From assembly GCF_902652985.1 (NCBI RefSeq), contig NC_047024.1:17794001-17858000 (forward strand): a stretch of DNA of 64,000 nucleotides, in the 5' to 3' direction. Source of the DNA: Pecten maximus (taxonomy: Eukaryota). Both the position numbers and the translations under genes were made by a program. The notes below the pieces were generated by a model. That model worked only from the letters and a program-made list of their open reading frames with translations. It made no database searches and was not told where the DNA came from. Below are positions 26,556-40,358 of this stretch, piece after piece (positions within the stretch are counted from its first letter, which is position 1; each line of letters starts with the position of its first letter).

Positions 26556-28165
26556 AATATGCATCGAATAGTTCATGTGTGTGTGTGTAATCTCCATAGT
26601 CAAAGATAATCATATTTGTCTGACACCTTATGCATCCTGAAAGAATATTGTTTTCGGAATTCTTAATTCAAATCTGGAAGTAGAACTATCATACTGAAAC
26701 ATCATATATCTTGAACAGATTATTTATAGATTTCAGGTTTTATGAGGTAGTATCTTGGTGAAAATCTGTATGTGATATATTTAATGAGGATTAATGCATC
26801 AAAAGCTGTCTGAAGAATGAATTATGACTAAATAATTAAGGTAGTTTCTTTGAATACATTTATATGGTTGAGAATATTCACTTTACAAGTCATACTAATA
26901 AATGATGGACAATTCATGGCCTAAATGCAGTGCACTTTGATAAACATGACAGTGTATGTATATGTTTACATGATGTAACATCACCACAAAAATAGATAAG
27001 TAACCTTCCGCCTATAAAAACGTGGATCCGTCTAAGGAAGCAAACATTTACGAGACTTTAAGCTATTCCAGGAATATCATTAGTATTGAGTAGAGAGATT
27101 CGTCATGTCTAAACATTTATTGAAAGGATTTTTAAAGCATATAACTTATATTACATACATAAAATGTATGTTCATGCTATTTTTCATACCTAAATAAATG
27201 TTAAAAGTGAAAGTTTATCTATACAGGAATTTGAAATAATACGAAATGGAATACAACTGTGATAGGAACGAAACATCCAGCAAATCGTCAAATCAATCAC
27301 TGTATTGTCTACTGATGTGCATGATGTAGGCTAGCGCGCCAGCGAAAATAATCGATACCGTTAAGTTGTAAGCGAACAATAAACCCTAATTCTAATTATC
27401 TCTACGGAACCATTATTCTCACCTTGATTGGGAATCTTATGCTGAAATATTAACCGTCTGTCAGTACGAATCGTACCGACACTGGTATGTCAACATCTAT
27501 TATTAACAACAACCATATTGATCAAACGAATTATGGTATGGTGGTTTCCAGGATTTTTATAAAACGTAGTAAATAATTTATTTAATGTTTTAGCAATAAA
27601 GTGTGCATTGAAGATTTCTGGAATATCTAAAAGCAAAAAATTATTATGATTAGAATCGTTTTAAGCAATAAAATGTGTAATTAAGGTTTCCGGAATATTT
27701 ACAAACATAGACAACTGTAATTAGTATTGTGTTTTAGAGATGAAGTGTGTAATTAAGACATTTCCAGAATAACTATAAACATAGACAATTTTTATTAGAA
27801 TGGTGTTTTGAAGATGAAGTGTGTATTTAAGATGTATCTATGTATTGTAATATATGTGATATTTGCTAGGGCTTTTTAGATTAAATACAACAATTCCTTT
27901 TTAATCATTTTTATAGAAATATTTATCCATTGTGCCTGCTCGATGAGTTTTGTGTAATTGACTGAGTTCCTGTTGTTATTTAAAGAAAATACTGTTTTTA
28001 AATTTGTTGATTTGATAAGCCTATACCGTTACACCTTCCATATGCTATGCACAACGAATATTTCAATAAGATGTATACAGTTATATACCTACATATGTTA
28101 CTATGTATTTCGTTATATATTGATAGAACTGTTTTGCCAAAACTATATAAATTATATGTACGTAT

Positions 28166-28377
28166 ACTGTAAACGAACATATTTTGGCGCCCTCAAATTT
28201 TGGCGCGTACCCGAATTTAAACATATAACCTCAATGATGAATTGACGCACATACAATATTTGCTGTAGAGAGCAATATACAGAAACTGTAATTAGCGAAA
28301 TCATAATTTAATGGAATGCTTTCAGCGTCAAAATCGCCAAAATAAGATTACCGCTAAAATATGTACACTTACAGTAC
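28166..28377. mobile_element. MITE with TA target site (ta|ctgta...tacag|ta)
   Basis: tactgtaaacgaacatatttt ... aaaatatgtacacttacagta are imperfect TIRs. Confidence 0.55.
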
Positions 28378-29824
28378 TTTCGACCCATTATATGTCTTTG
28401 TAATACCTTATTGAAATGATTATATTCTCTAACTGACATGCGTTTCGAAACAATTCCAACGCCAATTTATTGGTAACACATTTAAAACCAACTCAAAAAC
28501 GTTTTTGACCAGGATGTTTTTTTATTCATCGATACGAACTTTTTTGTAAAGGGAGATAACTTACAAAATACAAGTATGACGTTTAAGATATGATGCATCT
28601 TTAACTGAAACAATGACGATATACGAAATTTTAATCTGCCATAGTGAAAGTAATAGCATGTGCGAGACTCTATCGACATGTAAAATAAAATGATAAATAT
28701 GTTGTTGTTTTTTTCAGGAAATTTAGTTGAAATTATTTCGACTGTAATACATCTTAAACAATTAGCTCAACATCAACAGAGAAAATCGTTTATCAAGTAC
28801 AGAGCTAGATCTTCATCGAAACAAAATTGATCGATACTCGACAGTGTTAATGTCACTCCTAAACACGTTTTTCGCTATGCATTATGTTATGAGTATGAGT
28901 TGACACTTAATCCGTATGGCAAAAAATATAAGGGTTGTATCTGATGAACATTTCCAAGTATATTGTATTAGTTGTTACAAAGACTTAGGGAGAACTGCTG
29001 TTGTCTGATTAATCACTGTGTCTTATATTTTCAAAACGAATAAACAAGATAATCATTTAATGTGTTTGTATATTTTTGTGTACTAGTAGCAAATTCAATA
29101 TACACTGTAATTACTATTTTTGGCTGTGACTCAATGTAAACGTAATGTGTAGAAATGTATGTGAAATGACGGAGATCTAAGGAAAATAACCCACTAAAAT
29201 AAGGTTGTTTACAATCACTAACACATTTGTTCAGTTATAAAAACATATCATTTACAGTTTGACGCCCGACTAGTAAACAAACTACTTTATTGCATATTGC
29301 CAATAGTTCAAACATAATAGCATTTCAAATAAGCGCTTTATAAATAAGATTCATGTTTCGTCTAAAAATGTTACGTATGGAAAATACAAGATGTAAATGA
29401 TCCATAAATTAAGACTAAAAAAATCAGAACAATGTTTAGCTATTTTTTCATTGACCTATTGGTCAAATAATTTTATCAAAAATAGTTGTAAATGAAATTA
29501 ATATGTGTACGAGTGATTTGATCAGTTGACCTGCAGACGTAATGGGCAACAAAGATTCAAATAGGATGGTATTATAGACATGAACAGGTATGGACACAGA
29601 CTAATTCATTATCAAGATATAAAGGTCGTCTTTCATATCAATTTCCATGTAAAACAGATAAATAATGTTCTTGAAACTTTAGAAACATTTGCCGTTAAAA
29701 TATTTAATCAAATTCCGAAATAGATAACTGCAGAATCAGTATATCAATGATGCATATCAAATCATATATATTTATATATGATATGTATATAGATTGTCTT
29801 ATTGTTGTCTATATATAGATTGAG

Positions 29825-32800
29825 TCATGAGGGTTCATATTTAGGTTCAATTTTAGGGGGCTGCAAGAGTGGCGCATTCTCATTATTGATTGAAATTGTC
29901 ACTGTGTCTTTCCTAAGGAAAGGGTTAAGTACATTGTCCTGAAAAAGAAGAAAATTATTTTCATATTATTTGATAGCAACAAGGTAAAATATTTTTCCGG
30001 ATCAATATTAACGCCTTTGATACGGCAATATTAACTTTGTGTACCATTTTATGCTGAAGATTATCATTGAATTTATCCAATCATATATGCTGATAGCATA
30101 ATAGAGAAGTACGAAAACGCGTTATAATGTCAACGGACGTGACGTCATTATAGGTGGCCATTTTTATCTCAAAAAACATTTGTCTACATTATGTAGCAGG
30201 TTTTTACATCTGATAAATATTACAAATATCATCGGCATTATATAACAGTGGTTTTCGAATTTCTCCTATAGAAATTGTAAGTAACGTTCATTACTACCGT
30301 ATTGCTAGTGCAATTATGTCAACCAATCATATGATTACATAGGTACCCATTAGCTGATTTTAGATACGTCCTATATAGTTGATATATTTAAAGACGAATT
30401 ATCGTGCAAATAAAATACATTAATTACTTATTCTCACCTGCTGATTGTCCGCCATATTGGTGGCGATGCTGAATACAGCGGAAGTAATAGAGAGTGCAAA
30501 CAGTACCCAAAACACTGTCCTATAGTTCGATAAAAGTTCCACGGTGTCAACACTGAAACATGAAAAGTTATGACTGTTGATATTTTCAGATTGGTAATAA
30601 ATATATTCTTAACTGGTGTTTGTATGCAAAATGAGGAGAAGTTTGCCTCAAATTTGACGCACTGAATTCTTTTTGTATCCAGATCTGCACATTACTTGTT
30701 TAAGCTTAATTGAATTTGCTTTAGTGTATCAACTCTCAATTTCCTATTGGAATGTGCTGAAGAACCCTGTGTCTTTGGTACAATCCTTTGATTTAAAGAA
30801 ACCCTGTCTATTAAACATACATGTATTTTGTTAATATCTGCTAACATATTTTGGACATATCATTTATATACTACTGCTCAAAGTAGAAAATTGTTTCAAC
30901 AATTTTTTTTTTACATTTATACTGCCATTTACGACACATCCAAACACGTATATTTCGTATCATCGTAGACAAAATTCTTTACAACAGCACTATAACCAAG
31001 TTAGGTAGTAAGTGTCTGAATCGTATTTGCATTAAAATTCTAAAAATAACACGAGAGTTATATACTGCTACACGGTATAGAGTCCTGTTATCGCTCCTAG
31101 TGACTCGACATGATATACCTTTCAGTTGCTCCCATTATTTTTCCTACAGCAAGATTCGTCATTCCCACCCCTCCGCTCTGTATAAAAATGGCGATTCCTA
31201 CAGCAGTTCCGAATGTGTCAGGGCTGACCAACATAGCAAAACACGGCCAAACACACACCTGTATGGGAATTTTGTTTTTGATATAAGCGGTTATTAAAAG
31301 GATAATTTAAATGGCTTCGTTTGATTATAAAATACAAGAATAAATAATTCATTAGCATATATTTTATATTTAAAGGTCACTAATGCAAATGCTATCATCC
31401 TGAAAGAGAGAACTACAGAAAACATGGTTTCTTCCATTTTCACTATACGTATTTACGGCATGGATGGTAATAAACCAAAAAGTTATGCATTAGAATCTCG
31501 TCTCTTGTTTTGGTTTGGTTTGATTTGTTTAACGTCCTATCAACAGCTAAGGTCATTTAAGGACAGCCTCCCGTGCTTGCAACATGCATGCGTGTAGTGG
31601 TTGTGTATGTATGTTTTTTGAGGCTGGACACCCAGCAGGACACCCCACCCGGTCACATTATACTCTTGATGATTTTAACAAAGGTTAAGGGTTAGCAATA
31701 CATATGCTGTATCTAAAATATATTCACAAGATTGTGAGATATTTATACATGTATTTCCATATTCCGCCTAATTTCGTATATTTATTGGATTTATTTGTTA
31801 ACTCGATGATATTATTTTACTCAAGACTGCTATAGATTTCGAATAATGAAGATATTGACATTTTTTTTTATCAGATGTAGATTTTGGGAGTCGTGTTAAT
31901 ACTCACAGCATATGTAGTGTAGGTGACTCCTAGGTAAATTGTCAGCACTAACGGATGGATTCTGGGACAGAATGAGAGTAACATGTATACCGGTACAGTC
32001 AATATGGCGGAACAGCTCAACAGTATGCCAGTACAACGGAACCTTTTCTGAAATACCAAACACATGTATGGAACTTTATTTTTGTATTAGGAAAATGTTT
32101 TGTGAGTCAATTTCTTTTTAATTTGGTAATGTCTATGAGTCTTGATAGGGTGACACATATTTGTTAATTGTATATTGTTTGTATAAATACAGAGACTGTA
32201 TTTTAATATGTGATCTTTATTGTCTTCATTTAAGGAATAATCATGAAAAAATGAAATAACTAAATTTCACTCATGCCACCATATACTGTAGCATTTTCTT
32301 GAAACGGTATCCATCGGACTTATTAAGTATATTCTAAGAAACAATACTCCGTCCGATTTATTTCACTTAATACTAAGTATGTTCTTGGAAACAATATTCC
32401 ACCCGACTTATTCCACCAAATACTGTAGTATGTTCTTGGAAACAATATTCCATCCGACTTATTCCACCAAATATGTAGTATATTCTTGAAAACAATATTC
32501 CATCCGGCTTATTCCATAAATTGGCATTGACTCGATAGGTTCGACCTCTTGATGAATCTACTGTGAAGGAGAGCCTTTTCTTCTATGTTTGATCCTTACC
32601 GTATCCTTGGAATCGACCCGCTTGCCTATATTCGATAAGGAATTTGATGTCGTGTCCAAAATACCCGTGGCGAAAAATATTATTTTTATCTAATTTTGTT
32701 TAAGGACATTTAAAATATATCGGCTGAATTTCACATAGTTACCAACAATAGTCCAAGGAATGCTGGGATAATGATGGACACATCGTACACAGCTCCAACA

Positions 32801-35800
32801 TAATACGCGGAGCTGGTTTTGGAGTATCCATACCTGTCCTGGATGTACTTGCTACAAAACATTATTTCAAATTTTATTACCCAGAATTTTTTGTGATTGC
32901 AAAAATGTCTCCTGAAGCGAATGTGTGTTTAACATGTTAAGACGGAAGAAAACTTATAGCAAGTCATCTTCTTCTATTTAAACGTGTAGTAATGTTCATA
33001 TTTTGCCCTTATTTGATCCATTTTGAGTTTTTATTACGATTTCGTCTGGGTGACAGTTTACTGCGGAGACATGAATGGCCCAAAAACATTTCAACGTAAC
33101 TAAAGAAACGAATTAGCAACTCATCTTAAATCCTGCATACTCAAAGCCATAAGAACCCCCGGCGAGTTTTAGAAGGACGAAACAGCTGTATGATGCAGTT
33201 CATTCATTTTGATTGCACGTCACTCAATCTAGCTGTAAATGTGTTTTGAAAAATGCATTTTATTTGTTTTTGTACTAAATATCTTTTGCACAATACTTTG
33301 ATTTGTTAAAACAACCTAGTCCATTAAACCACAGTAATATAACGATTATACAAAGGGGAGTATGAAATATGAAATCTGAATAGATACAACATAGTCCGAA
33401 TACTGTAAACGTGGATATTTTCGCGGGGGGTTAATTTCGCGATTTCGATATGTAAACCATACGCGCTGGGATACTTTTCGCGATCAAAAGGACTCCGTGT
33501 AATAAGTGTAAATTTCCCCCTCGCGTAAATTTCCACGTTTACAGTAACTAAGAAAGTTCTTAAATGGAAACTCACATATTTATTCATGATATTTTGTCAA
33601 CCTACCTGCCATTACTGACGACGGGAAGATAAGCGGAGTAGTAACACACCACTGTTACACACAAGAGCCAATAGGATCTAGGTAGGAGACGGACATTTTT
33701 CATTTGTCTACAAAGGGTCTGGAAAAAAAATCAAAATTGTGAACTGCTAAGTTTCCATGCAAATTGTTTCCATTTGAATTTTTTTTGAGCAACTATGTCG
33801 TTTTGCCAAAGGATCAGGATTTCTTTTGTTGAAAAATACAGTCACAGGAGAGATAGCGTTAATATGGTTATTGTATTATAATGATCTATAATTAGCATGG
33901 GAATTTATAAATCTACACAAATGATATACCGTATATCGGGTTTTTTAGAGTGGCATTGCCAAGTGAAACATGGCCATGCTACGATTTGTAACCGTTACAC
34001 GGAAGGACAAAGAAAATCCGGTCAGGGACAGACCTGAGTTTACTGAAGCAAACAAACTTGTAGATAAATTATTATTACTGTACTTCTTCGTTTTTGTTGT
34101 ATATGAAATATATATACGCTAAAATTTGAATTACAGGTTGTGAAAACGCTAAAAATGAAATACGCTAAAAATAAAATGTGTCATTTTGTACAGAAAACGC
34201 GAAATTTGGCATACGCTAAAAAACCCGATATACGGTATTTATTTCGATAATTTAATTTCCATCCTCTAACTGACGAGTTTTACAGTTTACATATCCATAG
34301 TCGTTTGCTCTGCCAAATAAGGATGTTTTGTTATTTTCTGTACTTTCATTGAAGTATATTACATGTAACATTGCAATAACTTCATATTTCCTTGGTGCGC
34401 ATTATCTATAGATTCATAGTTGGTAAGCACGGCATTTCATAAAACATTTAACAATATCTTATACACATCGTATAAACAGCGGTGATTTAAATAGAACAGC
34501 CATATTATACTGGAAATGCTATGTGGTACCAATGATGACAACACTAAACAAAATAGTTCGAAGAGAAAATTGACCAAGAAATGTTCTTAATCATATTTTC
34601 TTATAATGATTGCAGTGTTTGTTTTATTGGATAGTACATACATCAACGTTTATCATAACTGTATATTCTAAGTTATATTGCATAAACATCTCGCAACTAC
34701 ACTCTGTCTGAAACAACTAGTAACAAGTAGCAGGGAGACCGGACAATCTATCGAGAGATAATTTATATATATTAGGGTGTATCTTTGGTAGACTTACAAC
34801 CGCTTCCTCTGCCTTTTCGGAAATAGAAGTCAGTTCTTTGTCAGAATTCTTCTTTCCATAGTAATCAAGCAACGATAAAAACACTGCACTCAAAGTCGTT
34901 GTACCGCAAAGTGCTGCCCCTAGATGTTTAAAATGATTATATTAAATGTAAGCATATTATATAATTAAGAATGTATATGCCGTTTGATTCCAAACAGATT
35001 AAGTTGATTCTTTTGAATGCATTTTTCTCTTCAAATAAACGGATAACACATATGAATAATCTCCCTTAGAAAATGTCACTAGTTCGACCCCTTTATCTTT
35101 TTTATGTTTTTATTTCTATTTCAATGCTAAAACTTTGTCATTTTGTAGCATATGTCACACATTTAGATGATTTCTGTATAAATATTGCATATATACTAGT
35201 AGTAGGAAAAACATTATTATGTATAGGAATCGATGACCCTTGACCATAACGTAAACATCCGGGCAAAATTTCAGAAATATCTACTTGATAACTTACTTAG
35301 TATTTTACCAATACGATAGCATAATTTTTGATCAATGAAGTCAAAAGTAATTTGTCTTTGTCGAAAAGCAGGAAAGAAATCTTTAGTAAATTTTCCCTCT
35401 GAGATCAGTAAGCAGTAAAGTTTTCTGGTTTTTTTTTCACAAGATTTTTTGTGTGAAATTTAATTACTACACTTTTATTACCAAGTGCAAATGGCACGTA
35501 GTAAAGTGGTACTAATCGATTCTAAGGATGCTTGTCATAATTATCACAACTAACCAACCCAGAGGGCGCCTGGCAGGCCAATCCAGTTCGCGATGTTAGC
35601 AGTGAGGAGAAAGTTAGAGACATTTCCGAGGCGTAGAGCTACTACATTGATGCTGAAGACAACAGCAAGGTTATTGGCAAACCACATACCCAGGACGCGG
35701 TCTTGAACAACTAAAACAGTAATAACAACATATGGTACGTATCTTGAATATTATCCTTATTTACTTTTAATTACTTGTTATAAAAAGTTTATTTCGAAAT

Positions 35801-38800
35801 GTTTCACAACGGTATTGTTCAAGTATCAAGAGGCTATGCATTTAATCACAAAAACACAGCAAAAAATTGCGAAACACGACTTGACATTCATCCTGCTCAC
35901 ATGGCAATTGTATAAGTACAGTCGTAAAGCATACATTTAAGATTCAACTTATATGTCAAACTTTTAATCAATATGTATGCCATTTCATATATGCACCCGC
36001 GGATTAGAACTATAATGTTCTTCATTCAAGCACAGGACGCACTTGGTCGGTTCACTATTAGTCGCGAATGATTTTGTGGGATACCAAAATGAAATAATTA
36101 TGTGAATGAATCAATTTAATTTGTAACAAGCTGTAATGCAATATTGATGATGTAAAAAATACTCAACATCAGCAAATGCTCGTTGTCAAAATAAAACATC
36201 TAATATGTAAATAGTGACTTGATTCACATGGTTAAGATGTCACAGTTAATGTGATTTCTTTTCAGTTATTGCAATTATCGATACTGATGTAGAAGTTAAA
36301 GTTTTGTACTTACTCAAAGCCGTCCCCGTCCCTGCTCCAAGAAGCAGACGACTACAGAACATCAACGGAAACATGGCAGAGGTTCCCCGTATGTGTCCTG
36401 TTACAGCCGAGGCAAACAATGCAGTCCCTAACCAGGCAACACTAGTCGACAAGATGGAGGACACTACAGTAATACAAGAGTATTAACTTTATTGAAATTC
36501 GTTGGATCTACGATAATCACGTGAAAAATGTTTGTCGGGTTTTCAGGAAGACGGCTCTTAAGTTGAATAAATTTCATAAAGTCACTTACATTATTTTTTT
36601 GTCGATGTAATAATCATTATGAAGATGATATTGACGATTGCTTCCACCAACTCATCATTATCGTAATAATTTCCTATCGATTTTCAACATATAAAAATCA
36701 CATTTCTTAACATTCAAGGCAAAAGGAACTTATTAATTGAAACAGACGATGTTTTCATGTAGACATATCGAGGATCAAATGCGTTTAAATTCATTAATAT
36801 CTCATTATTATCAATTCAATTTAATTTCCATACCACTAGAAAAATCATACTCTTTCCGTACAAGTAAGGAGGAATCCACTCATATCATCATTTACACATA
36901 CGATTTAAGAAATTTACAACGTCAAAATACCACCAGCGTTGTATGCCTGTTGCATATTTCTATCAATGTAATAAAATGTCGTTAAAAAGCTTAATATAAT
37001 ATAAAATATATAATGTGACATTAATGTGCGGATCAAAAATGTGTTTGACTCGTAAACAAATTGAATTACCGCGAATTCCAGCTCTGTCAACAAAATAACC
37101 TCCTGGTATAACTGTGGCGGCAGTCCTGGTTAGAAAAAAAATAATATAATAACTGAAACAAATGTACCAAACATTCATACATATTTGCGGAATAGATTAA
37201 TAATTGATTGACGGATTTGCTTAATGGAGAATGACGGAAACCAAATACATTTTTGTTATAGTTAATGCTATTAGTTTCGCCAGCCTTTATAAATGCTGAT
37301 TACACAAATAACTAATGAAATAAAATGTAGTGACTTATCTATTGATAAATAAATCTGATAATCTTTCATACTATATATAAATAGACAAGCTAATTGCAAT
37401 AATGATACAGTTCTCTTCCATTATGATTCCGCTATACTCAATTACATCCAGGCGTACGCTGCGTAGAGCTGGTTGTAACGGTCAGGCCCGAGCCCCACAC
37501 AGTCCAAACAGCACGTGACATTGGAGGTAATATTCTCACAGCTTCCGGTCTGTCAAAAGTTAACAAAGCGATCTAAAATCTTTGATTAACAGCGAAGTTC
37601 GAGTTTTTTTTCATTAGTGGTATAACTATCAATGTTTACGTAGTTTCAGAAATAAGCAGACACAATTTTAAGTGCCCTAAATATTTTGAGTAATAAAATA
37701 GTCCGTCAATTATCAATGTTCGACAAGTAAAAATTAATTCTGTGTAATTTCTAGCAGAAGAAATAAATTGCTTGAAGACTGATACATGATTGGATCGTCC
37801 TTCAAATAGTATCGGAATTTATATTAATGTATATCTTCAATTAAACATACCGAAACTAAATATTTATGAATAATGATTTTCCTAATTTCCCTTCCAGATT
37901 TCCAAAGCGTTGACACCGATGCGTGCCTGGGAGGACTAAAATGCTTATCTTACAATTTTCACCACTTTTTGCAGACACTGTGCATGCTATCAAGTTCATA
38001 TCTAGTTTGCAATTCATATGGATTTTTGTATTTTATGAACAGTTCTTACGATGACAGTTTTGCCAATTAATTTGCAACTTAACGTTTTGAATTGGTGACA
38101 GAATGCTAAGGTCAATGCAAAAAACGACTGAAATGAGCATAACATATGATGTAAAACATTAAAACTCTAATAATAGCCAGACGTATAGAACTGAGGTTTT
38201 TACGCGGAAAGCAAAGCTTTCCATAGGGTTGTTAAGAGGTCTAAACCTAATGGAGAGGCAAAAAACACATATATTCCGTCAATTATAAAAGGTTTGGCAA
38301 GGTAAACTGATGATTGTTCATATATTTATATCTAGCTCTACAATAACGATTCCCCTTACTGACCGAAGGACATGGAACATATGTATACAAAATATATTAC
38401 AAAGAAATAATCAACTCACATCCGTACCCTGTAGATCCTTCTGTAGTGCACTCAAGATGTCAACGTTAAAATACAAACCATATCCAAGGGTGCAGTTGAA
38501 GAATAAAAGTACATTCCGCCAGTTTCCTATAACATATACGAATGATATCCTTATTATTGGAAATTCTAATATTTCACCTTCGTCCCTACATATACCTTTC
38601 GTTTTAGATGAGGTCCCTGGGCATAGATGTCAACTACTTGTCAAAATATTGCACTGTGATCAGTTGCTACCATGCGTAGTTAAGACATATTTGCGAAATA
38701 GCTCTTAAACGGATCTTAATCGAAATGATGATTTCCTTTTCATATGATCATAGGTGCTGTGTGAACAAACAAACATTTTTCATATGACCTTAGGCGCTGT

Positions 38801-39248
38801 GTGAACAAGAAAACAAACAAAACAATTCAGTTATCGGATATCTGCGATATCTTCAAGTAAACCACCTTAGACAATTTGTTCTATAAGATTCAATAGTTAC
38901 AACAATAATCTAAAAACTATTGTTTGTATATTCCGTCATTAAAGGAAGGGGTATCTTAGGCAAACACTATAGCAGAGGTAGTGTACATAATTGAGGTCAA
39001 AAGAAGTGCGGCGTGCTGGTAACTGAACACGACCCTTAGTACACAGGCGCATGTTACTATGCATGGTTATCCTCTTCACAGTCAAGTTTTTACAGTGGTC
39101 AGTTTCGAACGAAATGACCAGTGGTCATAAAGAAGATAACGATACATACATATGGTAAATATATCGTCTCCTGAATGCAGAAATTACCCGATGGAGTGAG
39201 ATGGTAGGTGTTCAAATTGTGCGTATTTACCCAATACGACCCTTCCAT
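29825..39248 (-). CDS. MFSD1-like major facilitator superfamily (lysosomal dipeptide-type) transporter, about 495 aa, 13 exons
   Basis: Exons 39248-39188 (first exon tentative), 38526-38420, 37549-37446, 37125-37070, 36463-36314, 35710-35555, 34919-34798, 33718-33606, 32851-32743, 32047-31907, 31258-31119, 30552-30438, 29938-29825. All are GT-AG and in phase. Motifs: LLFFNC..YGLYFNVD, YNQLYAAYAW, GGYFVDRAGIR, RLLLGAG, VQDRVLGMWF, RLGNVSNF, YWLL, KYIQDRYGYS, GAVYDVS, VWP...V.P.TFGTA.G...IQ. Confidence 0.9.
31508..31662 (-). mobile_element. Internally deleted copy of the Meta-type SINE in an MFSD1-like intron
   Basis: Shares the tail tttggtttggtttg..tttaacgtcct..aacagctaaggtcatttaaggac and the segment caccccacccggtcacattata with 17234-17466. 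Confidence 0.75.
32285..32520. repeat. Degenerate ~50-bp tandem repeat
   Basis: gtatgttcttggaaacaatattccatccgacttattccaccaaa recurs about 4-5 times. Confidence 0.7.
33401..33547. mobile_element. MITE with TA target site
   Basis: tactgtaaacgtggatattttcgcgggggg ... cccctcgcgtaaatttccacgtttacagta: ~28-bp TIR. Confidence 0.75.
33927..34237. mobile_element. MITE with TA target site
   Basis: taccgtatatcgggttttttt ... aaaaaacccgatatacggta form TIRs. Confidence 0.75.
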
Positions 39249-40136
39249 ACATCGTAACGCACGCCTGTGTCTATGAACTGATATCATTTATCTACACTAA
39301 CAAGATTGTAAATACAAAGTAAACAAAGGAAGGAGACCTTGAATCCTATATAAATAATATCGGTATGAATCTTCATAAGACAATTATGCCATTAACAATA
39401 ATCCATTCAAATGGTAAATTAGGTATGTTTGTGCAAAAATCCTTCTATTCTATAATGATTCCATTTCTATCAAAAAAATATTCTATAAAAAATACTTCAT
39501 AAGTCTGTAATGATTTGGTTCAATATCTTTTCATTCGTTGCATCTTTGCAGCCGGAACATACAAATTAATTTGTATTCTACCCGATGAATCAAAATTATT
39601 CACTTTGATTTTAAATATGTCTTACAATAAACACTTCTTTGTCCAAAAATTACGAAAGGTAACCGACTGTTAATTTATCAAATCTACATCTCTGTCATCG
39701 TGTCCAACTAAGTACAAGTTGTTTTATATTACAAAATATAACCAAATGTTGATAGTGCCTTTCTGATTTAATATAATGTGTGTACAAATCAAAATTCAAG
39801 CTAAAATCAGTTTTGAATGGTATTTGCATACGCATGCGACGTTCAAAACCGTGATTTTATTCACCGTGTGTCTATCCGGTTATCTATGTATATAAAAAAA
39901 GTTCTCAAAATATAATATATAATTATAATGCATTGTTGTATATGATAGGTAATCATATTTTGAAATATCTATTGGAATGAATATGCTGAGATAAAGTCAC
40001 AATTCACATTACATGTATAAGTACAAGTTACTTACGTATCATTACTGGTTTGATTATCGACTGATATGTAGCAGACTGGGCTAAATGTCTATGTATATCA
40101 GCTATCATCAGGCTGATCTCCCCTTGGTTGATGTGA

Positions 40137-40358
40137 GGGGCCGCGGTGGCGGAGTGGTTAAGGTGCTCCGACACTTTATCACTAACCCTCCACCTCTGGG
40201 TTGCGAGTTCGAAACCTACGTTGGGCAGTTGCCAGGTACTGACCGTAGGCCGGTGGTTTTTCTCCGGGTACTCCGGCTTTCCCCCACCTCCAAAACCTGG
40301 CACGTCCTTAAATGACCATGGCTGTTAATAGGAAGTTAAACAAAAACAAACCAAACCA
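40137..40358 (+). mobile_element. Full-length tRNA-derived SINE with a V-domain-like core
   Basis: Head ggggccgcggtggcggagtggttaagg (A box) ... gagttcgaaacc (B box); core ggtttttctccgggtactccggctttcccccac; tail ccttaaatgacc..gctgttaatagg..gttaaacaaaaacaaaccaaacc. Confidence 0.85.
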
